DNA of 64,000 nt, taken from positions 119,972,001-120,036,000 of the forward strand of contig NC_087437.1 in NCBI RefSeq assembly GCF_036321535.1. The letters are read 5' to 3'. The position numbers and the translations under genes were made by a program. The notes under the pieces are model-generated. The model had not been told where the DNA came from and ran no database searches. It saw only the letters and a list, made by a program, of their open reading frames with translations. Source of the stretch: Camelus dromedarius (taxonomy: Eukaryota). Each line of letters begins with the position of its first letter. The stretch's first letter is position 1. This document shows, in pieces, positions 38,961-51,179 of the stretch.

Positions 38961-41900
38961 GGTCATCGCTCACGTTCACGGTCACTGCGTGTTTGTGGCC
39001 ACGCGATTCATTCTATCTCCGGTTCACGTCACACGTTGGTAGTCATGCTACGTGTTCGTAGTCACATCACACGGTCCTGGTCATGTCACATGGCCGTAGC
39101 TCATGTCTGTGACCCTGTCACGGGTCACGTTCATGCCACAACACCCCCTCCGGTCACCACCATCACATCAGCGCGCCTGGCACATCAGCTCATGGGAAGC
39201 AGGAGGGTGAAAACGTGAAGACGGAAATGGATGTCCCAGAAAGTGGGCTGTTCAGAGTCTGCTTAAGAAGCAACACTTCTTAAGAAATGAGGTTGAAGGT
39301 GTCTCTTTATTGACCCCGTCGGCTGACTCCCCCGCTGAGCAGGGTTGTGGCTGGTGGGACAAGTCAGGGCACAGAATGTGGCCGGGGCAGCTGTGCCAGC
39401 CTAACATCTAAAGCAGGCAACCAGAGGCCTGCAGACGTGGGAAGACCGGAAGGAAACGTCTTTGTGCTTTCCTTGGTGGCCGAGGCCTGGCTGACTGCCT
39501 GGATCCCCTCGGCAAGCGGCCCCCAGGCTCCAAGGGCCACACTTCCTGGGCCAGCCACACTCTGTCCTCGGGCGCCAGCGGGACCCGCCCTCAAGGGATG
39601 CAGTCCACCCTGTCTCCTTGGCCCCCTAGTATTTTTTTTCCTTTTTAAGCACTGGCTTTGAAATCTTACGAAATCCAAACTAATCAGAGCCTGGGTTACA
39701 AGTTTATCCTGATGCTTTTAGTTCATCAGAAGCCTTGCCAAGGGTTTTCAAGTGTGGGGCTTAAAATACATCACCCTCCACTCCGAGCCAGCTGGGGGAA
39801 ACCAAAGGAAAACACCGTCTCCTTCAGGACATATGGCAAGTCGCTGCTGCAGGAATAAGGGAGGAATCAGAAAAGAAACGATGTTCCAGTACGAAATTAA
39901 AATGTAGGCTTATGGCATGGAAACAGACAATCATCACACCACCGGAAGCTGTTTTCAGAGAGCATTGTTAAACTATAGAGTTGATGGGGGAAAAAAGAGG
40001 GAAAGGCAGTGGTGAAAACTGACACTGGGCACCTGATCATCCCCTCTGAGATGCTGACGGGAAAGGAGGGAGACATGTTTAGGACACAGTTAAGAAGTCC
40101 GCTCTGTGCAGCGAGGATCGTGGGCGGGACGAGCCCTGGCCTGGGCCTCGCGGTCCTACAAGCTGACCCTTTTCTTGCTTGTGGCTTTCAGGTCCCACCT
40201 TTCCCCTTCACATCCCGCCACAGTGTCCTTTAAAGCATCCTGATGGCATCAGCAGGTGTACAGGTGCATGCAGGGGACAGCTTAAAGAGCTCGTGGTACT
40301 TGAACCCTGTTGAAGGCTTCTTTCCCAGCTTCTTTTGATGCTGTATTTTTGCTCAATCGTATTTCATCTAAAAGCATGATTCTGTCTTCCGCCTGTTTAG
40401 CATTCTGGGGATTTCCACTATGTCCTCCTTTCACTGAATGTTAGATTTGTCATTAAGGATCTGACAACACAGAGAGGAGGAACTTTCATCTCGTGTCACT
40501 GGATAGTCAATTTTAGGTATCTGAATTTATTACTGGAGTTAGAGAGTCTTTAGAAAAATACGTGTACAAGTAAAGGAGACTGTTGTGTCCTTGCAGAGGT
40601 ACTGGGTTAATACATAATGCATGAGCCTCTGTAACAGATCGTTTTAATTCATCATAAAATTTGCAGATGACTCGCAGATGTGTGGCCCTGTTCCTCCGTC
40701 GCTAATGGCCTCAGGCTCTGACTCAGAGAGGAATTCTGTGCCAAGGAACCTGGCAGCCGCCACAGTTCTGGTGATAGTCCCAGGGAGGAGCTCGTTCGTT
40801 GTCAGCAGCGGTGAGGATGACAAACCAGTACAAGGCTGCGTGGGGACCTGCTGGTGAGGGAAGAGGCCTGGGTCCCTGGCACGTGAAGGACGCTCTTTCT
40901 GACCTCGAAATTCTTACCGTTGATTTACTCAAATCTGTTCTGTTTATGAGGTTGGCGTCCCACCCCCCACCCCGGGGCACATCAGAGTGGCCTGTGAACA
41001 CAAGCTCAAGGACAGAACTGGGCTTGGAGAGCGAGTTCCCCAGCCAGACGCCCGCGGTGCCCCCACCTGCTAATGCAGATAGTGTCCAAGGTTCGACTGT
41101 GTGTCGTCCCTGGTGCCGCCGCCTCCAGGGTGGAGCTGCTCCAATTTGACCTCATAGGAATCGCCCAAGGGTGCCAGCAAGAACGCTGATTCCTGGCTGG
41201 GTGGGCACAGGGCGGGAACTGTCAGGACGAAACAGAGTGGAAACTGATCTTGTTCCGGCTGCAGTCAGGAGGGCCTCCGCCCGAAGATCTCGGTCTCAGC
41301 AGAGCGGTCCTGCCTTGGCTTCTGCAGGCAGGGCCCTTGGGGGACGGCCGTCAGTTCACTGAAAAGAAATGTGTATCTGTGTCTAGCTGGTTTCTCGGGG
41401 ACAATTCCAGTCTTAGCCAACTATCCACGAGACAAAGAAAGGGAAATTTGGAGGGTCTGTGTAAAAGGGCATCTCCTGTGAGCCCTGTAGGAGGCATAAG
41501 GAAACGCAGACAGCAGGTCTTCTCTAAGTCCTGGGGGCCACGGGAGGTGGGTTCCTGGGGATCCGCACCAATAATCTGCACTTTGGACAGATGCTCAGTG
41601 ACTCAGAAGCAGGTGGAGCTGGACCAGACGTTGAGAAACTCCGCTCTGGGGCGTCCGAGTGATGCAGGAGTGCCCTGTTGCCCCGGGACCCCTTTGGCAT
41701 CTCCTGGTCCTGTGATAACCTGAGACGCAGAAGCAGGGAGTTGCACGTCTCCAGGGTGGGCTACTGCCTGCCCGTGAGGATGCTTTCCCACGTCTGACAC
41801 TTGGGAGACCCCCACCCACGATGGAAGAGGAGCCTCACCAGCCCCGCTGCACAGAGGGTCTGTGGTGTGGACAGCTCCACTGGCATCTGACCTCTGCCCT

Positions 41901-43269
41901 CTGTCCTCAGTGACCTTTATGGGCTTGTCCCATCTCACCCTGATTTGGTCCAACCAGAACCCCCGGGCATCTCCACAATGAGCCTCAGAGCCGGGTGGGC
42001 GGGTGGTGGCCATTCCCAAAGGGCGCAGGCTGCTTTCAGCTGCCCCCTCCCTGCTCCTGTGCACTGGCAAGGCCCCGCGGGACACAATGCACCAAGAAGC
42101 CCGAGTAATCTGAGGTCACTTCGCCCAGGCCCTGGCCACAAGCTGTGGCCAAGGGATGCTGCAGTGCTGGTTCCTCAAGTGGGGTTACCAAGGGCTGAGA
42201 GTCCATCAGCGGAGGGCAGGGAGGGGCGTCCCCAGAACCCGGGGAGGCGGGTGAATGCATGAGGCCATGGCAGTGGGCAAGGGACCACGCACCTGTGGCG
42301 ACCTGGGTGTGACCCCCTCACTCCCCACCTACCCTGTGAATTCTGACGGTGCCGCCATTGGCCAGCCCACATGGGAGCCAGAGGAGGAGCCTGGGCAGGA
42401 GCAGGGGGTGCTCCCAGAGGCAGCATCCCCGCCTTCCCTGAGGGAACCATACCAGCCTTTCCCGTCCCTCCTAAAACAGGATGAGCTCCCTGAAGGGAAC
42501 GCCTCTTCCAGGGCATAGAGGGTGCCCACGAGGACCCTGAGGCTACGTCGTTTATTGACATCTGTATTTTTGTTTGCTTCTGTACTTGAGCTTTTCATAA
42601 CGTGTGTGTTATTTGATGATAAAATCTCACACAGCTGTTTTAAGCCGCACGTGAAGCGGCACCTGGGCTAGATGCTGGGCCCTCTGACACGTCCCTGCCT
42701 GCCCTCGGCACAGGCTTGGGCTAGGGGTCCTGCCCCACTCAGGGTGGCCGGGGAGAGGCCCCTGGGTCCCCGGGGTGCTGTGCTGAGGTCAGGGCTGTGC
42801 CCACAGTGAGTGTGTGACTCTGACACCAGATCAGCGGGCAGCGCAGACCCCGCAGGCTGAGGGCACAGCACTCCCACAAGATGGCATTTGTAACCGAGCA
42901 GAACCCTGTTATCATCAGTGACCATCTGATATCTGCAGTGGTGTTTGTAATTGCTCAGCTGTCTAATGGTTTAAACAGTTTTTCTCATGCTCTTGCCAAC
43001 CAGGGTTGGGCTGGAGAGGAGGGAGGTTTGAGTGGTCCACCCAACCCCCTTGTGGTGCTGTGTGCAGGGATCATGCTCAGTGCCCTGCCCCTGACCCCAG
43101 TACCCTCCTTTGGATGCCCTGTAGTTTCTTTGTGTCCTGTTGTCCCAGGCCTTGGCCTGCTTAAAAGGCTAAACGCATTTATCCACCTGACTTTAAACTG
43201 CACAAGTTTTCTCTCTAGAGCTCTTTTCCACAGAGCCCCTTCCTATGCACCCTTTGTTCTAGGAACAAG

Positions 43270-43590
43270 AACATTAAGAAAGTCCCAAAGCTGGAGGTGA
43301 ACATCATACCCAGCAGAAGGGGACCCTTGCGCCTGCAAAAACAGGAACGACTTTGCAACAATCTGTTACTCTGTATGTGATCTCTATGGAAACCAGCTCC
43401 GCCCTTTGAACTCTTGAACTTTTACTATATCCCTGCCTTCTCTCCCTGGCAGGCTCCCGGTCTTTGAGGCATTAGCCCACTTCGACCTCCTTTGCTTGGC
43501 AAAGAAATAAAGCTGCCTCTTCTACTTCATCCAAAACTCTCCTCGAGTCTCAATTCAGTAAGCAGGGTACAGAGGCCAAGTTTTGGCAAC
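43270..43590 (+). mobile_element. ERV1-class LTR
   Basis: AATAAA at ~43506 and LTR-type 3' end ...ggccaagttttggcaaca; 5' boundary uncertain. Confidence 0.6.
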
Positions 43591-44135
43591 ACCCTCACTC
43601 CCAGACACCAGTGGCACTTTGAGGGTTCCAGGCCTCTTGTGCTTCTGACCAACTGGCTAAAAATTAGGGGCTTCCCACCACTTCTTCCTGTTCCATCGTT
43701 TGCTGGAACGACTCACGTAACTCAGGAAAGCACTGTACTGATGATTACAGGGCGAGGTCTGCAAGGGCCCTCGGGTGGGCCCCCCTCCTGGCACGTCCAC
43801 GTGCCTCACCACCTGGGGTGCACATCTGAGCTCCAGTGTCTGGAGCCCTGCTGAGGGTTTGTTACACAAGCACCACTGAACCACTGGTCACGTGACTGAG
43901 TCCAATTCCCAGCCCCCATCCCCGGCCTGGAGGTCGAGGTCAGGCAGGCTGGTATCACTGGACTCAAAGTCCCGACCCTCTAAGCCCATGGGTGGTCTTT
44001 CTGGCGCAGTGGGCCCCTCCTGAAGCTCTCTGGGGCCACTGTTTGTCACCTCGTTAGCATAAACTCAGGTTGGTCAGAGGGGTCAGGGGCCCACCCAGGA
44101 ACCAGAGACAAAGATGGCCAAACTCTGTTGTACAG
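43591..44135. mobile_element. MER21-like LTR
   Basis: cttctgaccaactggcta...gactcac..aactcaggaaagc...gttagcataaactcagg. Confidence 0.7.
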
Positions 44136-45862
44136 CAGCTTCCCGGGGGCACCTCAAGGGACCAAAGGAAACTCCCAAATCATCCTTCTCGCCCGTGGGA
44201 GCCGCCCTGGAAGACACAGCCCTCTGCGGAGACTGGAGGGCAGCGACGTGTCTGGCCACGTTCCCTTGATGCCCAGGTCCCCGAAGCTCCACAGGTGGTC
44301 AGGAGACCACCCTGGACACTTCAGATGTCTTCACAGGAGATGGTGCTTGCTATCATTCCCCTCGCAGGAACGCCGGCGCTGCCAGCGCAGCAACAAAACA
44401 GATATTTGTAGGGTTGCAGTTGGACAGAAGGTCACACATGCATTCTTTCTGACTCTGTATGTTTGGATTTGAAATGATGTTCCTCTGAGTAAATGTAACT
44501 TTGGGCATTCTGCTTCCAAATTATTCGTTAGAGGGACTCGGATGTTTACTTTCAGGACATAAACTCTGAATTTATTTAAATACCTGTGGACTGAGATAAA
44601 TCTGGCCACGCGGTGCATTTGTTTGAACACCTCTGCCCCCACTGACACCGTGGGGCAGGTGACACACTCTACCTGGGACTCAGTGAATCCATGTGTGGGA
44701 GAGTTGCTTCACTTTGCAGGAGCACAGTAGGATGCAGGGGAATCCTACCTTCCCCCTACCTTTTGGTACCCACCTTCCCCCACAAACTTGGTGCATCATT
44801 TTCGGTGAGAGTCTGCTTTTCAGTGCCTCTATTTTCCCATAAAGTGAAATTATTAACATTTACGCTTCCTACTGCCATGAAATAGCATGATGTCTGGGAT
44901 TTGTTTTAATTGCAGGGGGAATAAGGATGGGAAATAGATGAAACAAGATTGGCAGCATGCTGTAATGTTACAGCCGAGCAATGGGCACGTGCAGGTGTGC
45001 AATGCTCTGCCCTCTCTTGTGCACGTGGAAATTTCCAAAATGAAGTTAGAAAGATAACAGTAACACCCACCCCTGCGTCCCACACACGGGCACTGCAACT
45101 GTGAGCGCTCTCCTTCAAGCACCTTCCATCCTTTGGAGAAGGGTGTCACGTAAACACAAGACAGTTACTAGTCCGTGGCCCTCAGGTTATTGCATCACAC
45201 CTTGAGGTGCTGTTGACAAGGGGACAGGAAATAGATTAGAGCCCAAGGGGAGAACGGCCATAAACGAGGAAGATAAAACTTTCAAAGCATCAGATGCTTC
45301 TGTCTTCAGATGACAGACCGGAGGGACATCTGGGCAAATTGGTGATGTAGGACATAAACTTGTAATATATCAAAAATTTGTTGCCCAGTCGCTGACAATG
45401 TATTTCTCGAGTTCTGTGCGTGTAACATTTCCAGTCTCGTAAATGATGAATAATAAATGTTTACTTTTGAATCACTGGTTCCCAGAGGCAGGTGAGCACA
45501 CTGAATGAGAACGAGCTGCTGTAGAAGCTGGTTAATTCCTGCCCGCCTGGCACAGGCTGACTGGAGGGGGTTCCCAGGGAGGAGGCAGGGGGCGGATTCA
45601 GGAGCCAGTGGGAGAAGCCGGTGCATCCAAGAAACTGCCGGTCGCAGCACCAAGGCTACGTTGTGAGAAGCATGGTCTGGGACACACAGAGCACCGGCGT
45701 CCCTGCCGCAGAGCTGTACATGTCGCTGGAGACGTGCAAACCCACAAAGCAGCATATTTGAGAAAACGCTGTTGGCTTCTTACAAAAAGCCCTGAGCTTT
45801 CTGTGATCGGGTAAAGAGAATTAGCTAAACACTGGTGCAAAACATATCTCAAAAAAAAAAAA

Positions 45863-46440
45863 CAGTATGGAAATTCCTCAAAAAACTAAAAATAGATTTA
45901 CCCTATGATCCAGCAATCCCACTCTTGGGCATATATCCAAAAAAGACAAATATACCCCAATGTTCACAGCAGCACTATTTACAGTAGCCAAGGCATGGAA
46001 ACAACCTAAATGTCCATTGACAGATGACTGGATAGAGAAGTTGTGGTACATTTAAACAATGGAATACTACTCAGCCATAAAAAGAATAAAATAATGCCAT
46101 TTGCAGCAACATGGATGGACTTGGAGATTGTTATACTAAGTGAAGTAAGTCAGAAAGAGAAAGAAAAATGCCATATGATATCTTTTATATGTGGAATCAA
46201 AAAAAAGAATACAAATGAACTTATTTACAAAACAGAAACAGACTCACAGTCATAGCAAATAAAGTATGGTTACCAAGGGGGAAAAGGGGTGGAGAGGGAT
46301 AAACTGGAAGTTTGGGATTAGCAGATACTAATTACATATAAAATAACAAGGTCCTATCGTATAGCACAGGGAGCTATATTCAGTCTTGTAATAACCTAAT
46401 ATGAAAAAGAATATATATATATAACTGAATCACTGTGCTG
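45863..46440 (+). mobile_element. L1 3' fragment
   Basis: ORF2 C-terminal IMPFAATWMDLEIVILSEVSQKEK plus 3'UTR. Confidence 0.9.
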
Positions 46441-46829
46441 TGGAGCAGATGGGAGAGGCACCTGCAGTTAGACCACAGCCTCTCTGTCCCCCCACCTCTC
46501 CGGCCCCCGTTCCTCCTCAGGCAGCCCAATGGCCACAGCCCCTCCAGGCTGGAGTGTTGAGCCCTGGGGATCTGAGCAAGCAGGAGGGCAACCTTTCCAA
46601 GGACACTTGGAGAGGAAGCAGGACTTGAAGCACATCCCCTGAGGCTGAGCCCCACCTGTGTAACCCCCCCGGGAAGAGCCGGGACACCACCTTCCAGGGT
46701 GGTTCCACCCGGCCTTGCCGTCCACAGTAGGAAGGAAGAAGTGGTGCAGCAAATAGACAAGGCATCCCTGCTCTCCTGGGGACCTCAGCGTGCCAGGAGA
46801 GGGGCCTGGATAGAGACAGAAGGTGGAGC

Positions 46830-46922
46830 TGTCTTAGTCAGGGGTCTCCAGAGAAACAGAACCAACAGGCTGCAAAGATACAGAGAGAGACATTAGATAG
46901 AGAGATAGACAGACACACACAC

Positions 46923-46955
<33 letters not shown>

Positions 46956-47404
46956 TTTATACATAGACATACAGATTACATATAGACAGGTAGATAGATA
47001 GATAGATGATAGATAGGCAGATAGGCAGATAGATAAAGATACACACACAAAGAGAAAGAGACAGAGACTGATGTTGAGGAATATGTTCATGCCGTGTGGG
47101 TGCTGGCAAGTCTGAAATGTGCAGGGCAGGTTGGTGGGCTGGAAATTCTAGGAAGAGATGATGCTGCAGCAATTTGCTGCTAGAATTCCTTCCTCCTCGG
47201 GGAACCTCAGTCTTTCCTCTTCAGGCCTTCAACTGATTGGACACAGCTCACCCACGCTACAGAGAAGGCTCTGCTTCATTCAAAGTTGACCAATTTAAAT
47301 GTTAATCACATTTGAAAAATACCTTCACAGCAGCATCTAGACTGGTATTTGACCCCACAACTGGGCACCCGAGCCCAGCCACCTTGACACACAAAACTGA
47401 CCAT
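46830..47404 (-). mobile_element. MLT2 (ERVL) LTR with embedded compound microsatellite
   Basis: tgtcttagtcaggggtctccagagaaacagaaccaa ... ttgacacacaaaactgaccatc; (GA)n/(GATA)n at ~46880-47065. Confidence 0.75.
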
Positions 47405-47704
47405 CCCAGGTTCCAAAGCCTGGAAATCCTGACCTGACTCCATGCCCGGTGCCAGCTGCACATGCCATGTCATTTCACAGCTCTTGCCTCGTGTGCTTCC
47501 TCCAGCCTGTCCGAGCACGTTGGCACCCTCCTATAAGGTGGGAAGTGCACGCTGGCTCGGGCCCAGGCCCCTGTCCGGCCGGAGCCCTGGGCCTTCTCCT
47601 GCCGCCTACATTGGACTCCTCCACTGTTGCCTCGCTCCGCCCTCCTGCTGGCTATCATGTTTCAGCTATTCGTTGACCTAGTTGGGAAATGCTCTCTCTC
47701 TCTC

Positions 47705-48085
47705 TTAAAATGCAGAACAATTATTACTCAGCCTTAAAAGGGAAGGAAATTCTGACCCAGGACATGACATGGATGAACCCTGAGGATGCGACGAGCCCAG
47801 GGACAGAAGCCAGTCAGCAAAGGACAAACACTGCATGATTCCACCCTGATGAGGCTTGGAGAGGAGGCAGGGACAGAGGCAGAACCGCGACCCCCAGGGG
47901 CTGTGGGAGGGGTGGGGAGCGGCCCTTCCATGGCCCAGAGGCTCAGCTTTGCCAGACGACCGACCGAGCGCTGCGGACGGGTCGCGGGGACGGCAGGGCC
48001 ACAGCAACCATGTGACCTGTACGCATGCAGGTAGTCAGAACAGCAAACTCTGCGTTGTGTGTGCTCTACATCGGTGTATAATACA
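47705..48085 (+). mobile_element. Old L1 (L1MB-like) 3' fragment
   Basis: ttactcagccttaaaagggaaggaaattctgac...acatggatgaaccctgagg. Confidence 0.65.
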
Positions 48086-49128
48086 GTTTCCAGATACCGG
48101 GGGATTCTCCAGTCATCTCTCTGTTACTGATTTGTGGGCGGATGTGCTTTGTAGACTTAACATCCTTTTAAATTCCCGGACACCTGAGTGCACTTGCTGG
48201 CTGGCTCCGTCCTGGCGTTGCCACGTTTCCACTGTGCAGTGCAAACTCATCAGCAAAGGGCCTCTTTGAGGAGATGGGATTAGGGAATCAAGTGATTTGG
48301 AGAATTATCGGAGCAGACAGTCTGTTAGGACATTTGAACAGTTCCTGGCACGTGGAGCGAGAGGCCCTGGAGGACTCCACTCACCATAACATGAGGGGGG
48401 CCCCCACTGAGCCCCGAATGCCCGGCAAGAGACTTCGCACCTCACCAGCTCTGAATTACAGGTTGATAAGCAGGTGAATGATGTAAAGGAGAAGAAAATG
48501 CTAACGAGATCCTGGGAGTAACCGACGAGAAGTCAGTTCCAAGGACTTCATTCTTCTGCAGGACGTTTGAGTCTAACCAGCTGCTCTCAACATGTGGCCC
48601 GTGGGCCCTAGGGGACCTCAGGCCCGTTCAGGGATGAGCGTCATCAAAGCTACTTTTATGACAACACTAAGACGTTCCTCGCCTTTTTCACGGGGACACG
48701 TGCGGGCACGACTGCAGCTTCTCTAAGAGGATCAGGTGGCGGCACCAAGCTGTCCCCCCCGTCCTTGTGCGCACCACCACACACTCGCTGTGAAAGAATG
48801 GCAGGTTCACTACGAAGGTCCTCAGTGAAGCAGAACGGGTTAGCTTTATGAAGCCCTGATCATCACCTTCACAACATTCCAACATTCTGTGCGAGGAAAT
48901 GGAAGTCACGTGGAGCTCTGCCGCGGATGCAGGGACACGGCTGCCTGGGGATGGGCATGCGTGTGGTGTCTGAGCCCACGTGGCTGCTGCCTCGTTCACC
49001 GACCAACCAATGACAAACTTCCGGTTATTCTAACTTCAGTGTTTGGCAGATTTTCTTTAAAATAAACAAAGGAGTTTGTTGCTTCAAAGAAACCAATGGA
49101 GAGTACCTGCTGTCAGTGATGAAATTTT

Positions 49129-49547
49129 TTTTAACATTTTTTAAATTGAGTTATAGTCATTTTACAATGTTGTGTCAAATTCCAGTGTACAGCACAATTT
49201 TTCAGTTACACATGAACATACATATACTCATTGTCACATTTTTTCGCTGTGAGCTACTACAGGATCTTGTATATATTTCCCTGTGCTACACAGTACAATC
49301 TTGTTTATCTATTCTGCATATGCCTGTCAGTATCTACAAATTTCGAACTCCCAGTCTGTCCCTTCCCACCCTCCTCCCACCCTGGCAACCGCAAGTTTGT
49401 ATTCTGTGTCTATGAGTCTGTTTCTGTTTTATATTTATGTTTTGTTTTGTTTTTTTTTAGATTCCACATATGAGCGATCTCATATGGTATTTTTCTTTCT
49501 TTTTCTGGCTTACTTCACTTAGAATGACATTCTCCAGAAACATCCAT
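49129..49547 (-). mobile_element. Young L1 3' end with 13-bp TSD
   Basis: TSD GTGATGAAATTTT at 49116-49128 and 49548-49560. Confidence 0.9.
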
Positions 49548-49672
49548 GTGATGAAATTTTAACTTTCAAGTGACAATTAGAATTCTGGAAAGCAGGTCCC
49601 TGTCATGTAAACTTGATCACGTCCCAGGACTTTAAGATTTCTCTGATGAGGTGGGTGGTGGTATTAACAATC

Positions 49673-50310
49673 TTTTTTTTTTAAATTTATTCTGTTGAGG
49701 TGATACTGGTTTACAACATTATATTTCTACTTCTGCATACACAACAGCGTGCTTACCACCAGAAATTTAGTTTCCAGCCATCACTATACACTTGGCCCCC
49801 TTCAGCGACTTCACCCTCTCCCCACCCCTCCCCCTCTGGTAAATGCTACTCTGTTCTCTGTATCTACATGTGTTTTGTTGTTGTTGTTGTTGTCCACTTG
49901 TTTTGTTTCTGTTTGTTGGTTCTTTGTATTCCACACCTGACTGAGATAATAGGTATTTATCTTTTCTGCCTGATTAATTTAACTAAGCACACACTCCTCA
50001 AGGTCCGTCCATGCTGCCGCAAATGGCTTCATTTTATTTTCTGAATGGCTGAGTAGTAACCCACTGTGTACATATGCACCACATTGTCTTTATCCAGGTA
50101 TCTGCTGATGGACACTGAAGTTTTTTCCATAGCTTGGCTATTGTAAGCAGTGCTGCTATGAACAGATATCTTTTTGAATTAGTGTTTTTATATTCTTTGG
50201 ACAAATATGCAGAAATGGAATAGCTAAATTATATCACAATTTTATTCTTCATTTTTTGGAAGACTCTCCTTATTGTCTTCCATAGTGGCTGCACCAATTT
50301 CCATTCCCAA
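49673..50310 (-). mobile_element. L1 3' end
   Basis: Poly-T, then L1 3'UTR and ORF2 end (atggctgagtagta..., catagtggctgcaccaattt). Confidence 0.85.
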
Positions 50311-51179
50311 GAACTGTGATTTTTAATATTGTCCAGTGAAATATGTCGACATTTGGAAAAACTGCATAACTCAGTGAATTAATATTTTCCAAGTGACCAA
50401 ATGGCCATGTTACTTAAATCATGTGTGTGTAACAGACCCATTCAAAGTGCCAGAGAGACCAGTGGGGTTTTGTCTAATAGCGTGGGAGTTTCATTGCTGC
50501 GGTGCTGGAGTCCGCGCTGCAAGGAACCTTTAAGAAACGCCCCCGTGTCAGTTTTGGTGGAGGATCTATACAAACGCTCCTCCGTGTGCCGGCCACACAT
50601 CTCCGTGAGGCCAAATTTTCTTCACCCACATCAACTAAAACAGTATCTTACAGCAGATGGAACACAGAAGCAGACATGAGAAGCCAGCTGTCTTCTATTT
50701 GGCTAAACATCAAAAAGATTTGCAAAAATACAAAACAAGCCCACTGTTCTCCATGATCATTTTTTGAAAACAGTGATTTTTCATAAAATGTTATTTAGGT
50801 CAACATTGATTAGCATGGAATAGGTTTCTTATTGTAAGTTTAAATGAATTATTAAAAATCCTTTAAGAACAATTTCTTAGGTTTAATGTCTAATATCGTA
50901 TGCTTTCAGGAACCCAAAGCCAGCTGTGAGGTGTGACATGGAGTTTCCCACCAGGAGTCTGTATAAAAGGACTCATTCTAACCTCTCTAAGAAATTTAAG
51001 TCTAAACTTCCCAATTTCTCATTTTTAGGAATTTATTTTATACATTTAACCTCTTGAACTTTTCAGAAGATAGGAGGGGAGAGAAAGTCCTCTAAAGTAA
51101 TTTGGAACCAAAGGAGTCTTAAAAACCATTGCTACCACCTCACCCTCTACCCTCTACCCTCTACCCTCATTGCTACCCT

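Larger units (their letters stand above)
34965..48555 (-). pseudogene. Candidate unprocessed pseudogene of the RGS22/RGSL1 multi-RGS-domain family (fragmentary exons)
   Basis: Colinear frameshifted segments at 48446-48555, ~45306-45800, ~44240-44583, ~41350-41485, ~39670-39848, ~35367-35500 with RGS22/RGSL1-like motifs and several splice sites; comparison from memory. Confidence 0.6.
48578..51131 (+). mobile_element. Charlie1-like hAT DNA transposon interrupted by two L1 insertions
   Basis: cagctgctctcaacatgtgg start and aaaaaccattg end; Charlie1 internal motifs (ctttcaagtgacaattagaattctggaaa; gaagcagacatgagaagccagctgtcttctatt). Confidence 0.75.

Noticed and set aside
33500..44000. Orthologue of human ERVH48-1 (suppressyn) downstream of NDUFV3
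   Set aside because: No env-like ORF seen, only LTR remnants; the human element is a primate insertion
45310..45810. Plus-strand AG..GT flanked exon candidates
   Set aside because: Stops in the frames checked and no recognisable motif; the minus strand explains the segment better
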